A stretch of 64,000 nucleotides of DNA. It comes from an uncultured delta proteobacterium. GTDB lineage: Bacteria > Myxococcota > Myxococcia > Myxococcales > Myxococcaceae. Location of the stretch: the NCBI GenBank assembly GCA_963776345.1, contig CAVZMH010000022.1, forward strand, positions 352,001-416,000, in the 5' to 3' direction. A program made the position numbers and the translations under genes. Below, piece after piece: positions 8,205 to 18,700 of the stretch. The notes under the pieces were generated by a model. That model was not told the DNA's origin and did not search any database. It was given only the letters and a program-made list of their open reading frames with translations. Numbering within the stretch: the stretch's first letter is position 1; each line of letters starts with the position of its first letter.

Positions 8205-10478
8205 ATGTCCGGGCCCGCGCCGCTCCAGTCTGCTGACCAGCTCCTCGAGGACCTCAACCCACCCCAGCGCGAGGCCGTGCTCCACGGGGAAGGCCCGCTC
8301 CTGGTCCTCGCCGGCGCCGGCTCGGGGAAGACCCGGGTCATCACCCGGCGCGTCGCCCATCTGGTCCTCGCCGGCCGGGTCGCGCCCTGGCGCATCCTCG
8401 CCGTCACCTTCACCAACAAGGCCGCGCGCGAGATGCGCGAGCGGCTCGGCGTGCTGCTCGGCCCCTGGGCTACAGAGCTGAACGTGGCCACCTTCCACTC
8501 CGCCGCGGCCACCATCCTCCGGCGGGAGGCGGAGAAGGTCGGCCTCACCCGCTCCTTCGTCATCTACGACGACACCGACCAGCTCCAGCTGGTGAAGCGG
8601 GCGATGCGCGAGGAGCGCGTGGATCCGGTGCTCAACCCGCGCGACGTGGCCCGGCGCATCGACGTGGAGAAGAACGCCGGCCGCGGCCCGGACGTGGAGC
8701 GCGTGTCGCCCGACGACTACCGCGGCCTCGCCGTCCAGCGGGCCTACCGCGCGTACCAGAAGCTCCTCCGGGCGGCGAACGCGGTGGACTTCGGGGACCT
8801 GCTCCTCCTCCTGGTCGAGCTGCTCCGGAAGGATCCCCAGACGCTGGAGAAGTACCGGGCCCGCTTCCAGCACGTGCTGGTCGACGAGTTCCAGGACACC
8901 AACCCGGTCCAGTACGAGCTGCTGCAGCAGCTCGCCCCGCCGCCCGGGGCAAATCTGGTGGTGGTGGGTGACGACGACCAGTCCATCTACCGCTGGCGCG
9001 GCGCCGAGGTGAGCAACATCCTCCAGTTCCCCGATCTGTACCGCGGCGCCTGGGTGGTGAAGCTCGAGCAGAACTACCGGAGCGACGGGAACATCCTAGA
9101 CGCCGCCAACGCGGTCATCGCCCAGAACCGCCGGCGGATGCCCAAGCGGCTCTGGACGGAGAGACCCAAGGGCGAGCTCCTGCACCTCCTGATCTCCCGC
9201 GACGAGCGCGAGGAGGCGCACGAGGTGGCCCGGCGCATCCACGCCCTCCACCGGGAGGACTTCGTCTCCTACGAGCAGATGGCCGTCTTCTACCGGGTGA
9301 ACGCGCAGAGCCGGGTGCTGGAGGAGGCGCTGCGGCTCGCCCGCGTGCCGTACACCCTGGTCAGCGGTCGCAGCTTCTACGAGCGGGCGGAGATCAAGGA
9401 TGCGGCCTCGTACCTGAGGCTCATGGCCAACCCGCGCTCGGACGCGGACCTGCTCCGCATCGTCAACGTCCCGGCCCGCGCCATCGGCGACACCACCCAG
9501 GAGCGGCTGAGCGCCTGGGCCGCCGAGCAGGGCATCTCCATGTGGGAGGCGCTGGACCAGGTGGAGTCCATCCCCACGCTGCAGGCCGCAGCGCAGAAGC
9601 GGCTCCGGGGCTTTCGTGCGCTGATGGAGCCGCTGGTGCAGTTCGCGGTCGAGGCGCCCTCGGCCGCCGCGGCGCTGGAGCGGATGCTTCAAGACACGCG
9701 ACTGGTCGAGTCGCTGATGGAGGCGGGGGACGACGAGTCGCTCGGCCGGGCGGAGAACCTGCGCGAGTTTGTGGGCGCGGCGCAGGAGTTCGACCTCCAG
9801 CGGGCCGCCCGTCCGCCGCCCGGGCCAGACGCGCTCGAGGCCGAGGCCCCCCCGCTCCAGGCGTTCCTCGAGCAGATCAGCCTGGTGGCCGAGGCCGACG
9901 CCGAGGCCGGCGAGGGACGCGTGTCGCTGATGACCTTGCACGCGGCCAAGGGCCTTGAGTTCGACGCGGTCTTCATCCCCGGGATGGAGGACGGCGTCTT
10001 CCCCCACCAGCGCGCGCTCGACGAGCTCGGCGACGACGAGGAGATGGGGGAGGAGCGGCGCCTCTGCTACGTGGGCTTCACCCGCGCGCGAAAGCGTCTA
10101 TTGGTGTCGCTGGCCCAGGCCCGCTCGCTCTTCGGCGAGCTGCGGTTCAATCCACCGTCGCGCTTCCTCCGCGAGGTGCCGAAGGAGCTCTTCGACTTCC
10201 AGCCCGAGCTCCGGGCCCCCCCACCGGAGACCTCGTACGGTCGCACCGAGCGCCGCCCGCGCCCCGACGAGACCGGCCCGCGCATCGACCGGAGCTACGC
10301 CCAGGAGGCGGCGTACATGGAGGACGGCTCGGTCATCGGGATGCGGGTGCGCCACGCACAGTTCGGCGAGGGCGAGGTGATGGCCTGCGACGGCTCGGGC
10401 CCGAACGCCAAGCTCACCGTGCGCTTCCGCACGGTTGGGCTGAAGCGGGTCATCGCCCGCTTCCTCCAGCCCGCCTGA
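8205..10478 (+). CDS. pcrA: ATP-dependent DNA helicase UvrD/PcrA (SF1A)
   Basis: LNPPQREAV, AGAGSGKT, VTFTNKAA, VDEFQD, VGDDDQSIY, LEQNYRS, TLHAAKGLEF, EERRLCYV and a C-terminal Tudor-like GMRVRHAQFGEG. Confidence 0.95.
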   Translation: MSGPAPLQSADQLLEDLNPPQREAVLHGEGPLLVLAGAGSGKTRVITRRVAHLVLAGRVAPWRILAVTFTNKAAREMRERLGVLLGPWATELNVATFHSAAATILRREAEKVGLTRSFVIYDDTDQLQLVKRAMREERVDPVLNPRDVARRIDVEKNAGRGPDVERVSPDDYRGLAVQRAYRAYQKLLRAANAVDFGDLLLLLVELLRKDPQTLEKYRARFQHVLVDEFQDTNPVQYELLQQLAPPPGANLVVVGDDDQSIYRWRGAEVSNILQFPDLYRGAWVVKLEQNYRSDGNILDAANAVIAQNRRRMPKRLWTERPKGELLHLLISRDEREEAHEVARRIHALHREDFVSYEQMAVFYRVNAQSRVLEEALRLARVPYTLVSGRSFYERAEIKDAASYLRLMANPRSDADLLRIVNVPARAIGDTTQERLSAWAAEQGISMWEALDQVESIPTLQAAAQKRLRGFRALMEPLVQFAVEAPSAAAALERMLQDTRLVESLMEAGDDESLGRAENLREFVGAAQEFDLQRAARPPPGPDALEAEAPPLQAFLEQISLVAEADAEAGEGRVSLMTLHAAKGLEFDAVFIPGMEDGVFPHQRALDELGDDEEMGEERRLCYVGFTRARKRLLVSLAQARSLFGELRFNPPSRFLREVPKELFDFQPELRAPPPETSYGRTERRPRPDETGPRIDRSYAQEAAYMEDGSVIGMRVRHAQFGEGEVMACDGSGPNAKLTVRFRTVGLKRVIARFLQPA

Positions 10479-10501
10479 CGCGCGCTTCACCCGCCCGTGC
10501 T

Positions 10502-10957
10502 ATGAGTGACGGTGAAGTCGCTTCCGTGCTCCCCACGCACTCCCGTGTGGTGGCGGCCGGAGCGAGGATCGCCGACATGACCGAAGTGACACGACCCAGC
10601 GTCGCCTGCAGCCCTCTCACGCCCGGGGACCTGGGGCTCAAGGTGCTCCTCTGCGAGAACGCGGACGGAAGCGCCGGCGAGGTCTCGTTCCTCCCGATCG
10701 CCGCCTGGGTCACCCTGACCGAGTCCGAGGATGGAGCGGAGGGGACGACGCCGCCGACGTCCTGGACCTGGGAGCCGGTGGTGGTCTTCGAGCACGCGCT
10801 GTGCCTGGCTCGCACCGTCCCTCACTACCGCGGGACGGTGGCCAAGGACGTGATCGGAAAGGTCGCCCTCGGCCTGGTGAAGTCTCGCTTCGTCGCCGCG
10901 CGGGACCAGCGGCGCTCGCACAGCCCTATCTGGACGAGCAACAGCAAGAGCTTCTGA
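10502..10957 (+). CDS. Hypothetical protein
   Basis: 151 aa ORF with GC3-biased codons filling the gap between pcrA and LysR; no motif recognised; the start could be the internal MTEVTR. Confidence 0.55.
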   Translation: MSDGEVASVLPTHSRVVAAGARIADMTEVTRPSVACSPLTPGDLGLKVLLCENADGSAGEVSFLPIAAWVTLTESEDGAEGTTPPTSWTWEPVVVFEHALCLARTVPHYRGTVAKDVIGKVALGLVKSRFVAARDQRRSHSPIWTSNSKSF

Positions 10958-10979
10958 GCAGCTCGCTCCGGAGGTCGGC

Positions 10980-11885
10980 TCAGCCTTCGAGGGGGCTGGC
11001 CGGCCTCCCGCACCACAGCTCGGCGTCACGGCGGAACAGCTCGACGAGGAAGTCCAGCGTGGCCCGCACGCGCGCGACGCGGACCAGGTCGGGGTGCGCC
11101 ACCAGGAGGATGTCACGCTCGCCGACGAGTCTCGGGGTGATCCGCGCCAGGCCTCGCTCCTGTGCGGCCGCGAAGCAGGGCAGAGGAGCGATGCCGATGC
11201 CCTCGACCGCGGCCCGCGCGACCCCGGCGATGCTGTTGCCGCGCATCACCACGTTCGGCGGCGGCTTCAGCGACCGCGCCCACCGCTCGCCCTCCACCTC
11301 GGACAGGAGGTCGGCGTAGCCGATGAGCTCGTGGCCGCTCAGGTCCTCGAGTGAGGAGAGCGGCCCCTTTCGCGCCAGGTACGCGGGCGAGGCGTAGAGC
11401 GACCACCCCGCCGTCCCGGCCTTGCGGACGATCAGCTCCGGGTCGGGAGTCGGCGCGAAGCGCACCGCCAGGTCCGCCTCGCCGCGCCGGATGTCGAGCG
11501 TCCGGTTGTCGCTGATCAGCTCGATCAGCAGCTCGGGATGGCGGCTCCGCAGCTCCGTCAGGCGCTGCGTGAAGTAGCTGATCCCGGACTCGGGGATGGT
11601 CAGCCGCACGGTTCCGGCGACCCGGCCATCCGTCCCCGCGACGCAGCGCTCGAGCGCGGCGATCTGGTCTCGGATGGATTCGGCGATGGGCAGGATGTCC
11701 TTCCCCGCCGGGGTGAGGGTGAGGCCGCCGGGCCCTCGCGCGAAGAGCCGGGTCCCCAGATCTCCCTCCAGCGCGCTCAGACGGCGGCTCACGGTGGTGT
11801 GCTCCACGGACAGCTCGCGCGCCGCCTTGGCCAGCGAACCCGACCGGGCGATGGTCAGGAAGTACCTGAGATCATTCCAGTCCAT
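10980..11885 (-). CDS. LysR family transcriptional regulator
   Basis: MDWNDLRYFLTIARSGSLAKAARELSVEHTTVSRRLSALE..LTPAG; divergent from the NmrA gene. Confidence 0.95.
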   Translation of the reverse strand: MDWNDLRYFLTIARSGSLAKAARELSVEHTTVSRRLSALEGDLGTRLFARGPGGLTLTPAGKDILPIAESIRDQIAALERCVAGTDGRVAGTVRLTIPESGISYFTQRLTELRSRHPELLIELISDNRTLDIRRGEADLAVRFAPTPDPELIVRKAGTAGWSLYASPAYLARKGPLSSLEDLSGHELIGYADLLSEVEGERWARSLKPPPNVVMRGNSIAGVARAAVEGIGIAPLPCFAAAQERGLARITPRLVGERDILLVAHPDLVRVARVRATLDFLVELFRRDAELWCGRPASPLEG

Positions 11886-12023
11886 CGGAGCCCCCCCAGA
11901 TTCGCACAACCGGTGTGCGGCGACGAGCGTTCCCGGGGACGGACGTCGACCCGTATACCCCTCGTCCACGACGAAGGCAGCGGGCGAGGTGGTCTCGTCC
12001 TGGCCTCGGAGGAGACGAAGGTC

Positions 12024-12977
12024 ATGGCATCGAAGAAGCCAGTCATCGCAGTGGTCGGCGCCACCGGCGCCCAGGGTAGCGGGCTCGTCCGGGCCATCCT
12101 CCAGGATCCGGCCCGCCGCTTCACCGCCCGGGCCATCACCCGGAAGCCCGACTCGGAGAAGGCCCGCGCGCTCGCCGCGCAGGGCGCGGAGGTGGTGGGC
12201 GCCGACGCAGGCGACGTCGCGAGCCTGGAGCGCGCGTTCGCCGGGGCGGCCGGGGCGTTCTGTGTCACCAACTTCTGGGAGCACTTCTCGGCCGAGACCG
12301 AGGTGGTCCAGGCCCGGAACATGGCCCGCGCCGCCGCCCGGGCGGACGTGCGGCACGTCATCTGGTCCACGCTCGAGGACACCCGGAAGCTCGTCCCGCT
12401 CTCCGACCCGCGGATGCCGACCCTGATGGGCCGCTACAAGGTGCCGCACTTCGACGGCAAGGGAGAGGCGGACGCGGTCTTCGCCGAGGAGAAGGCGCCC
12501 ACCACGCTGCTGCGCACCTCGTTCTACTGGGACAACCTCATCCACTTCGGCATGGGCCCGAAGAAGGACGCGTCCGGACAGCTGGTCCTGGCCCTGCCGA
12601 TGGGCGACAAGAAGCTGTCGGGCATCGCCGCCGAGGACATCGGCCCCTGCGCCTTCGGGGTCTTCGTGCGCGGGCCGGAGACGATCGGCCGGACCCTCGG
12701 CATCGCCGGCGAGCACCTGACCGGCGCGCAGATGGCGGCCGAGCTCTCCACCGCGCTCGGGCAACCGGTGCGCTACCAGTCGATGCCGTTCGAGGCCTAC
12801 CGCAAGCTCGGCTTCCCCGGCGCCGACGACCTGGGGAACATGTTCCAGTACTACCACGACTTCGAGCGCGAGTTCTGCGCCGCGCGTCCGCTGGAGCAGG
12901 CGCGCGCGCTGTACCCGGGGCTGCAGACCTTCCGGCAGTGGCTCGCGCGCCACGCGAAGCAGATTCCCCTGAGCTGA
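12024..12977 (+). CDS. NmrA/HSCARG family NAD(P)-binding protein
   Basis: IAVVGATGAQGSGL, VTNFWEH, YKVPHFDGK. Confidence 0.9.
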   Translation: MASKKPVIAVVGATGAQGSGLVRAILQDPARRFTARAITRKPDSEKARALAAQGAEVVGADAGDVASLERAFAGAAGAFCVTNFWEHFSAETEVVQARNMARAAARADVRHVIWSTLEDTRKLVPLSDPRMPTLMGRYKVPHFDGKGEADAVFAEEKAPTTLLRTSFYWDNLIHFGMGPKKDASGQLVLALPMGDKKLSGIAAEDIGPCAFGVFVRGPETIGRTLGIAGEHLTGAQMAAELSTALGQPVRYQSMPFEAYRKLGFPGADDLGNMFQYYHDFEREFCAARPLEQARALYPGLQTFRQWLARHAKQIPLS

Positions 12978-12981
12978 TCCA

Positions 12982-13871
12982 GTGACCCACCACCTCGAGA
13001 CAGGGCGCCACCTCGCCGGGGTGGACGCCAGGGGCCGTCGTCTGCCCGCGAGCCTCGCCCTGGCGCTGGCCCTCCTCGCGCTCTCGGGCGCGGCCCCGGC
13101 CTGGGCTCGCCCGCGGCAGGAGGCGCCGGCGCGCCTCGCGGGCACCGGGCTCTACGCGGACCCGGCCGCGAAGACGCTCGCCCCCGGGGTGCGGACCTGG
13201 ACGCCCCAGTATCCGCTCTCGCCGCGGGAGTCCGGGCCGTGGTGACCATCGGCCCGGGCGTCGCGCACGACCTCCCCTCGGCCGGCGACTGCGAGGCCTG
13301 CCATGCCGCGGGCCGGACGCCGGTGCTCGGGTTCTCGGCGCTGCAGCTCTCGCCCGACCGGGATCCGCTCGCCCCCCATGCCGAGGCACAGCCCGACGGC
13401 GCGCTGGACCTCCCGGGGGCGGTCCGCTCCGGGATGGTGAGGAAGCTCCCCCGCGCCCTCCTGGAGACGCCGCCCCGGGTGCACGCCTCCACCCCGGTCG
13501 CCCGCGCGGCGCTGGGTTACCTGCACGGGAACTGCGGGAGCTGCCACGACCTCCGCGGCGAGCTCGCGTCGGTCGGCCTCGACCTCGTGCAGCGGTTCGG
13601 CCCCGGCGCCGGCGGAGGCCCGGCGCTGACCGCCATCGGCGTGCCGAGCCGCTACCAGGCTCCGGGCGCGCGGGACCCGATGCTCCGCGTCGCCCCGGGC
13701 AGCCCGGAGCGGAGCGCGCTGCTCCACCGGCTCTCGAGCCGCGACCCGGCGGCGCAGATGCCTCCGCTCGGCACGCACCTCGTCGACGGCTCCGCCGTCC
13801 AGCTCGTCCGCGCCTGGATCGGCGGGCTCGAGCGCAGGCCACCCGTCTCGGCGCCGCTCGTGGAGCGCTGA
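12982..13871 (+). pseudogene. Internally deleted, frameshifted secreted diheme cytochrome c (two CxxCH)
   Basis: 5' part (signal peptide, PARLAGTGLYADP..TPQYPL) stops at 13245. The 3' part in another frame carries DCEACH, NCGSCH and QMPPLG. Junction at about 13218-13220. Confidence 0.65.
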
Positions 13872-13907
13872 CCCCGCAGTCCATCCCCCAAGCAGGAGAG
13901 AACCGCC

Positions 13908-14477
13908 ATGAAGCGCATCCTCGTCGCCCTGTCCACGCTCGCCGCCCTCACCGCCGCCGCCGAGACGCCCAGGAAGCCCGACCCGAAGCAGGTCGCCCGC
14001 GGCAAGTACTTGGTGACCATCGGCGGGTGCAACGACTGCCACACCCCGCTGAAGAACACGCCCAGCGGGCCGGCGTGGGACCAGGAGCGGATGCTCTCCG
14101 GCCATCCGGAGACCCTGAAGATGCCCACCGCCCCCGCCTCGGCCGAGCCGTGGGGGCTCGCCTTCGGGAGCACCATGACCGCGTTCGCCGGACCGTGGGG
14201 CGTCTCGTTCTCGCGCAACCTGACGCCCGACCCGGAGACCGGCCTCGGCACCTGGACCGAGAAGGACTTCATCGCCACCATCCGGAACGGCCGCCACCTC
14301 GGCCGGGGCCGCCCGCTGCTTCCGCCCATGCCCTGGTTCAACTACCGCGAGGCCACCGACGAGGACCTCAAGGCCATCTTCGCCTACCTCCGATCGATCT
14401 CCCCGGTGAAGAACCGGGTGGAGGAGCCGCGCCCACCGTCCACCGAAACGGCGTCGGCCGCACCGGCCAGTCGGTGA
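13908..14477 (+). CDS. Periplasmic c-type cytochrome (one CxxCH)
   Basis: AGGAG RBS, signal peptide, RGKYLVTIGGCNDCHTP, NLTPDPETGLG, PPMPW, DLKAIFAYL. Confidence 0.9.
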   Translation: MKRILVALSTLAALTAAAETPRKPDPKQVARGKYLVTIGGCNDCHTPLKNTPSGPAWDQERMLSGHPETLKMPTAPASAEPWGLAFGSTMTAFAGPWGVSFSRNLTPDPETGLGTWTEKDFIATIRNGRHLGRGRPLLPPMPWFNYREATDEDLKAIFAYLRSISPVKNRVEEPRPPSTETASAAPASR

Positions 14478-14601
14478 GGCGCGCGTCGACAGCACAGATG
14501 CGTGTGCCCGGGGGCGGAGCAGTCCGGGCGGAGGCGCAACCCGTGCCGCACTCCGTTTCATCGGTCCGGACGCGTCGGGTGTCTCGCCCGGGAAGGACAC
14601 G

Positions 14602-15036
14602 ATGCAGACCGAGCGTGAGTACAAGGGACGTTGCCTCTGCGGCGCCGTCGAGCTGCGGGTGGTCGGGAGGCCCGCCGCGATGGGGTTCTGCCACTGCAGC
14701 TCGTGCCGGAAGTGGTCGGCCGGGCCGGTGAGCGCCTTCACGCTCTGGCCTCCCACCGCGGTGAACATCGTCCGGGGGCTGGACCAGATCGGTTCCTTCC
14801 AGAGGACCGAGCGCAGCATCCGCAAGTGGTGCCGGAGCTGCGGTGGGCATCTGCTGACCGAGCACCCCACCTGGGGCGTGGTCTACGTCTTCGCGGCGGT
14901 GCTCGAGGCGTTTCCCTTCGATCCGATGCTGCACCTGAACTACGCCGAGACGGTGCTGTACCTCCGCGATGGGCTCCCCAAGATGAAGGACCTGCCCGCC
15001 GAGATGGGCGGCTCGGGGGTCGTCCTGCCCGAGTAG
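14602..15036 (+). CDS. GFA/CENP-V family Zn-binding protein
   Basis: GRCLCGAV, CHCSSCRK, RKWCRSCG. Confidence 0.9.
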   Translation: MQTEREYKGRCLCGAVELRVVGRPAAMGFCHCSSCRKWSAGPVSAFTLWPPTAVNIVRGLDQIGSFQRTERSIRKWCRSCGGHLLTEHPTWGVVYVFAAVLEAFPFDPMLHLNYAETVLYLRDGLPKMKDLPAEMGGSGVVLPE

Positions 15037-15119
15037 CACCGTCACGGCGCTCCGGGACGCGTGGGCAGAGCGGAAGGAGAGGATGCGCTCCGGCCCCACG
15101 CTGGTTAGAGCGGGCGGCC

Positions 15120-15776
15120 ATGCCTTGGGCCGACTCTGGGCTGTTCGACGCCACGACGTTCGGGACGTACCTCGGCGCCGCGGCCGCGCTGGTCGCCGCG
15201 CCCGGTCCGGGGCAGGCGCTGGTCATGGCCCGTACGCTCCAGGGCGGGTTGCGGGCCGGGCTGCTCACCAGCGTGGGTCTCAACCTCGGGACGCTGGCGC
15301 ACACGGTGGCCGCGGCCCTCGGCCTCTCGGCGCTGCTGCTCGCCTCGGCCACGGCGTTCACCGCGGTGAAGCTGGTGGGCGCGGTGTATCTGGTGTTGCT
15401 CGGGACGCGGATGATCGCCGGGACCCTCGGCGACCGGCCGGTGGCGGCGCCGGACCGCGCCGGGACCGGGGCGCCGCGGGTGCAGAGCTCGCGCCTCCTG
15501 GCGCACGGCGCACTGACCGGCTTGCTCAACCCCAAGGTCGCGGTCTTCTTCCTCGCTTTTCTCCCGCAGTTCGTGCGGCCGGAGCGAGGCCGGGTCTTCC
15601 TCCAGTTCGCGGTGCTGGGCCTGGTGCTGGCGACGCTCGGCGTCCTGGGAGACTCGCTGGTCGCCATCCTCGCCGCGCGCACCGGCCGGAGGGTGACCGC
15701 CGGCGCCTGGCGGGAGCGCATCACCGGGGGCGTGCTCGTCGCCCTCGGCGTCCGGCTGGCCTTCATCCGCCGCTAG
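15120..15776 (+). CDS. LysE/RhtB family translocator
   Basis: APGPG, KLVGAVYL, LLNPKVAVFFLAFLPQF. Confidence 0.9.
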   Translation: MPWADSGLFDATTFGTYLGAAAALVAAPGPGQALVMARTLQGGLRAGLLTSVGLNLGTLAHTVAAALGLSALLLASATAFTAVKLVGAVYLVLLGTRMIAGTLGDRPVAAPDRAGTGAPRVQSSRLLAHGALTGLLNPKVAVFFLAFLPQFVRPERGRVFLQFAVLGLVLATLGVLGDSLVAILAARTGRRVTAGAWRERITGGVLVALGVRLAFIRR

Positions 15777-15783
15777 GGCCGGC

Positions 15784-18700
15784 TCACGGCGTCACGGTCA
15801 CCGGCATCAGGTTGTCCTCCGGGAGGCGATCGATCAGCTCGTCGAGGGGGTCGATCCCGGCCCGCGCCGGAAGCCGGTCGGTCACCAGGGTGACAGTGGT
15901 CCGCGGGCCGTCGAGCTTCCGTGGCTCGAGCGCCAGCGCCTCTCCCTTGTCGTCCAGCACCCCCACTGGGATCCAGTCGTGCACCGGGACCTCGTGCTCC
16001 GTGCCCAGCGCGTCCGCCTGGACCTTCCGCGTTTCCAGCTCCAGCGTGACGTCGTACCGGCCGTCGCCGCGCTTCCTCGCCTGGGCGGAGACGACGCGGT
16101 TCTCGTAGAGAGTGATCTGCTCGAACTGGTCGGTGAGGTAGTACTGGAACCGCTCCGGTGTGTGCCGTCTGAGCGCCGCGAGCAGGACGCGCGAGGTGGG
16201 GTACGGGGGGCCGCGGTCGCCGTACTCCTCCACCACCTCCCGGAGCGCCCGGTTCACCGCGTCCTCGCCGATGAGGTCCTGGAGCGCGTACATCACCAGG
16301 CTCCCCTTGGAGTAGTGGATGTAGCCCTGGTCCTCCACCCGCAGCAGAGGGAGCTCCTTCTTCCGCTCCGCGCTGCGTCCCGAGAGGTAGCGATCCAGCT
16401 CGTAGCGCAGGAAGCGCCGCATGACCTGCGGCCCGTAGGCGTGCTTCATCACCATCAGCGAGGAGTACTGGGCCAGGGTCTCCACCAGCACCGTCATCCC
16501 CTGGGCGTCCGCGCTGAGCACCTGATGCCCCCACCAGTGGTGAGCGACCTCGTGGGCGGTGACGTAGAGCGGGTAGTCGATGGCGTCTGGCCGGCCCTTC
16601 TCCACCTCGGCGATGAAGCCGATGGACTCCGAGAAGGGGATGGTGCTGGAGAACGACTCGGCGAACGTCGCGTAGCCGGGGAACTCGACGATGCGGAGCA
16701 CCGGGTGCTTGTACGGCCCGAACGCCCGGGTGAAGTAGTCCAGCGAGTCCTTCATTCCGCGGCGCATGCTGGCCAGGTCGTAGGTGTGCTCCGGGTGGTG
16801 GGCGATCTCCAGCGCGACGCCGTTCCAGCGGTCGTGCTCCACCACGTAGCGGGCGGAGAGGAAGGCCAGGTAGTGGAAGATCGGCCGGTCCTCCACGAAG
16901 TGGAAGTAGCGGCGGCCTCCCTCGACCCACTCCCGCTCCAGCGAGCCCGGGGCGATGACCCGCTGATCCGCGCTGGTGCTGACCGTGGCCTCGAACTGGA
17001 TCCGGTCCGCGTCGTGGGTGATGTAGTTGTTGGCCGGGGCGGCCGGGTCGTCGAGGTCGAGCGCGCGCTCCCGGGGACCGAGACCGTGCTTGCGCCGCGC
17101 CTCGTCGTCCGACAGCTCCTTCTGGGGAAAGTAGCCGAGCCCGGGCAGGTACTCGCCGTCGATGAAGGTGCCGTTCTCCACGATGCGGGTGTCGCTCCCC
17201 TCGTTCTCGAATCCGGGGTTGGCGTAGGTGAGGTGGTAGGCGAGCTCGGTCGTCGCGCCCGGGGCGAGCGGCCGGGGCAACCGGAAGGCGTGCAGGCCGG
17301 CCTCCCGGTCGGAGACCAGCTGCTCCTGTCCGCCCGGGAAGCTCAGGGCCCGGATGGTGGCTCGCGGGTTCAGGCGAACCACGAGCTCGTCGATCGGCTG
17401 TCCGGTGCGGTTGGTCAGCGTGTCCACCCCGTCGATCTCCACCCGCCGCTCGGCCGGGAAGATGTCCACCCGGGTCTTCACCGCCGTGACGCGGGGCTGG
17501 GGAAGGGCGCCGAAGCGCTGCTTGTAGCGCCGCTCGTACTGCGCCTGGGCTTCCTCGCGCGAGGAGCGGGTCTGGTACTCGTTGCGGAGGTTGGTGTTCC
17601 AGAAGATGAAGGCGCCCGAGCCCACGGCGATGGCGAGCGCCGCCCCGAGCACGGTCGCGGTCCTCCGGTCGAGGCGGGCGCGCGCCTGCTGCCAGCGCTC
17701 ACGGAAGGTCTGCGGCGTGCCCCGGACCCAGAAGAGGGACGCCGCCACGGCGAGCGCCAGGGCGATGGCAACCCAGTAGAGCTCGAACCAGAAGAGCGGA
17801 GCGACGAAGTGCCCGTACCCGTTCATGTCCGAGTAGGGGTGCGCGGGGACGCTGGCGTAGCGGAGCAGGTGGTGCTCCACGCCCAGCACCGGGAGGAGCA
17901 GCGAGAGCGCCAGGAAGGCCACCATGGCGAAGTGGCCCAGGTACTTCTGGTCGACCAGCACGTGCACCAGCACCGCCAGCGAGCAGAGGCAGGCGAAGAG
18001 GACGAAGGAGATCCCGTACAGCGAGCGGAGGTAGAGCCCGAGCTCGAAGTGGAAGAAGCCCTTGGCGGCCTGGATGGTGACGCCCGCCGCGACGACCACC
18101 AGGAGGAGCAGACCCACGATCGCCACCAGCGCGGCGAGCTTCGAGGCCACCACCGCCGAGCGGGGGGTGGGGAGCGCGTCGTAGATCTGCCCCATTCCGG
18201 CGTCGCGCTCCCGCCACACCAGCTCCCCGGCGTAGAGCGTGAGCACCACCAGGATGAAGATGGCGAACGAGCCGGCCACGATGGAGAGCACCTGGCGGGT
18301 CACCGGGTAGGTCGGCGTGCCGTACAGCTTGCCGATGTCCGGAGCCGTGGAGGCGATGAACAGCACGCCCGCCAGGACGATGACCCCGAAGAAGACGCTC
18401 TTCACCGTCTCGCGGAGCTGCAGCCCCACCAGCGCCCGGAACACCCCCCGGGTCGCCCGGGGCGAGAAGTCGAGCCGGGCGCGGGGGATGCTCGGCGGGG
18501 CGCCGCGCTGCTCGGGCTCCTCCACCGCCGGTCGCGACGCGGGCGCGCTGGCGATCGAGAAGGAGAACCGCCGGTAGGTGAAGGCGAGGAGCGACAGCGC
18601 CACGCCGGTCCAGAGCAGGCGGTTCCAGAGGAAGTCCCCCCGCAGCCCGAGGAGCCGGGTGTTCTTCTCGGCGATGGACCAGTAGTGGGTCACGCTGTCG

